DNA of 64,000 bases, taken from NCBI GenBank assembly GCA_964441425.1, contig CAYTXC010000006.1, forward strand, positions 49,727 through 113,726. The letters run 5' to 3'. This DNA comes from an uncultured Sphingobacterium sp. (GTDB lineage: Bacteria > Bacteroidota > Bacteroidia > Chitinophagales > Chitinophagaceae). Shown piece after piece: positions 62,482 to 64,000 of this stretch (position 1 is the first letter of the stretch; each line of letters opens with the position of its first letter). The position numbers and the translations under genes are program-made. The notes beneath the pieces are model-generated. The model was not told where the DNA came from. It saw only the letters and a program-made list of their open reading frames with translations, and made no database searches.

Positions 62482-63891
62482 ATGGACGCGAATTTCAACA
62501 TAGATAAACAACATACTCTAAAACAGGAAATTAGCATCTCCGGAACAGGTTTGCACACGGGAATATTGGTGGATATGACACTTAAACCTGCCAATCCTGG
62601 ATATGGTATTCATTTTCAGCGAATGGATCTTCCAGGACAACCTGTAATTGAGGCGGATTGTGATTTGGTTACGGATACGTCCAGAGGGACAACCCTGGAA
62701 AAAAATGGCGCCAAAGTGAGTACGGTGGAACATATCCTGGCTGCCCTTACGGGTATGGGAGTAGATAACTGCCTAGTTGAGATCAATGGTCCAGAGATCC
62801 CTATCATGGATGGAAGCTCCTACCCTTTTATAGAAATCATTGAAAAGGCAGGTGTTGCTGAACAAGAAGCTGCAAAAAGCTGGTACACTATCGATACCAA
62901 TATCAGCTATGGCAACGAGGAAAAAAGGGTGGAGATGGTAGCCATGCCGTCTGTTGATTATAAAGTCACGACTCTTATCGATTTCAATAGCCCGGTTCTG
63001 GGTACTCAACACGCTAAGCTGACCCATCTCAAAGAATTCAGATCAGAGATCGCCTCATGCCGAACCTTCTGTTTCCTGCATGAACTAGAGGCACTATTGG
63101 CACACAACCTGATCAAAGGAGGTGATATAAACAACGCGATTGTAGTAGTAGATAAACCAGTTAGTCAAGCGGAAATGGGAAGACTGGCGAAAATATTCAG
63201 AAAAGATACCATAGAAGTTAAAAGTGAAGGGTACCTCAATAATTTGGAACTACGCTTCCCAAATGAACCTGCACGACATAAATTATTGGATGTGGTAGGT
63301 GATCTAACCTTGATTGGGTATCCAATTAAAGCACATATCATCGCTAACCGACCAGGACATGCGTCGAATGTGGAATTTGCGAAGTTGATCAAACACTATA
63401 TCAAGAAAAACAAGCACGTCAAGAATATTCCGGTATATGATCCCAATGCTCAACCGGTTTATTCTACACAGCAAATAGAAAATAAATTACCACATAGATA
63501 TCCATTCCTGTTAGTAGATAAAGTAGTTGAACTTAGCGATAAACATATTGTTGGAATTAAAAACGTAACGTTTAACGAACCATTCTTTGTTGGCCATTTT
63601 CCCGGGAATCCAGTAATGCCCGGTGTTTTACAGATAGAAGCAATGGCCCAGGCAGGTGGCATACTAGCCATAAACTGTTTACCTCCCGGAGAATATGATA
63701 CTTATTTCGTGAAAATCGATAACTGTAAATTCAAAGCCAAAGTAATACCGGGTGATACCATGATTATGAAATTGGAACTAATGGGACCGATCCGTAGAGG
63801 TTTAGTTGAAATGCATGGGACGGTATATGTAGGAAATAAAATAACCACCGAAGCGGTTTTAATGGCTCAACTGGTTAAACGAGAGGCATAA
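62482..63891 (+). CDS. lpxC: Bifunctional LpxC/FabZ
   Basis: GTGLHTG, TVEHILAA, HKLLD (LpxC); LPHRYPFLLVD, GHFPGNPVMPGVLQIEAMAQ (FabZ). Confidence 0.96.
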   Translation: MDANFNIDKQHTLKQEISISGTGLHTGILVDMTLKPANPGYGIHFQRMDLPGQPVIEADCDLVTDTSRGTTLEKNGAKVSTVEHILAALTGMGVDNCLVEINGPEIPIMDGSSYPFIEIIEKAGVAEQEAAKSWYTIDTNISYGNEEKRVEMVAMPSVDYKVTTLIDFNSPVLGTQHAKLTHLKEFRSEIASCRTFCFLHELEALLAHNLIKGGDINNAIVVVDKPVSQAEMGRLAKIFRKDTIEVKSEGYLNNLELRFPNEPARHKLLDVVGDLTLIGYPIKAHIIANRPGHASNVEFAKLIKHYIKKNKHVKNIPVYDPNAQPVYSTQQIENKLPHRYPFLLVDKVVELSDKHIVGIKNVTFNEPFFVGHFPGNPVMPGVLQIEAMAQAGGILAINCLPPGEYDTYFVKIDNCKFKAKVIPGDTMIMKLELMGPIRRGLVEMHGTVYVGNKITTEAVLMAQLVKREA

Positions 63892-63943
63892 ATCGCTACA
63901 TTTTTTATAATGAAACCTAAGCAGGGTACTGTTTGAAAACATA

Positions 63944-64000
63944 ATGATCCATCCCCACACATATATTCACCCAAACGCCAAACTGGCAACTAACGTAAAA
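63944..64000 (+). CDS. lpxA: Acyl-ACP--UDP-GlcNAc O-acyltransferase LpxA (5' fragment)
   Basis: MIHPHTYIHPNAKLATNVK at the window end, directly after lpxC/fabZ. Confidence 0.8.
   Translation, partial: MIHPHTYIHPNAKLATNVK

Noticed and set aside
62482-63891. LpxC-FabZ fusion
   Set aside because: An established feature of Bacteroidota and some other phyla.

Overview
A 64-kb, gene-dense, AT-rich chromosomal segment from a Bacteroidota genome. Chitinophagaceae-like is an inference from the gene set and order: split atpD-atpC, fused lpxC-fabZ, porT, porX, tatA-gatA-MltD-like, tRNA-Leu-tig-clpP-clpP-clpX, and TAnnTTTG-type promoters. Content is mostly housekeeping: start of the dcw cluster (mraZ-rsmH-ftsL-ftsI-murE), queA, an orphan histidine kinase, atpDC, glpKDF, dnaX, PDH E2, engB, menG, porT, pyrC, a MutS-V-only ATPase, YifB/ComM, an ABC exporter, a TonB-dependent receptor plus His/acidic lipoprotein, thiolase, pyrD, TerC, rsmE, dnaB, pheT, zapA, rny, rplS, tatA, gatA, pabB, purA, relA/spoT, tRNA-Leu(TAG), tig, two clpP, clpX, ComEA-like, an MBL hydrolase, a C-N hydrolase, porX, an HD protein and lpxD-lpxC/fabZ-lpxA. 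I saw no CRISPR array, IS/transposase, prophage or rRNA. The most interesting signals are non-coding. (1) An A10 run in dnaX with stops immediately after it in both shifted frames, a likely slippage route to gamma/tau. (2) At least seven genes have a -7 promoter box exactly 4 nt before the ATG, suggesting leaderless mRNAs. (3) At the TonB receptor, the start codon sits inside a terminator-like hairpin, next to a 12-bp inverted repeat that looks like an operator. (4) DnaA-box clusters lie upstream of dnaB and mraZ. Orphan small proteins include a stand-alone T9SS-CTD-like protein, a K-rich/acidic disordered protein, a retropepsin-like protein and a 57-aa ORF missed by the ORF track. All of this comes from reading the sequence by eye; no searches were run.
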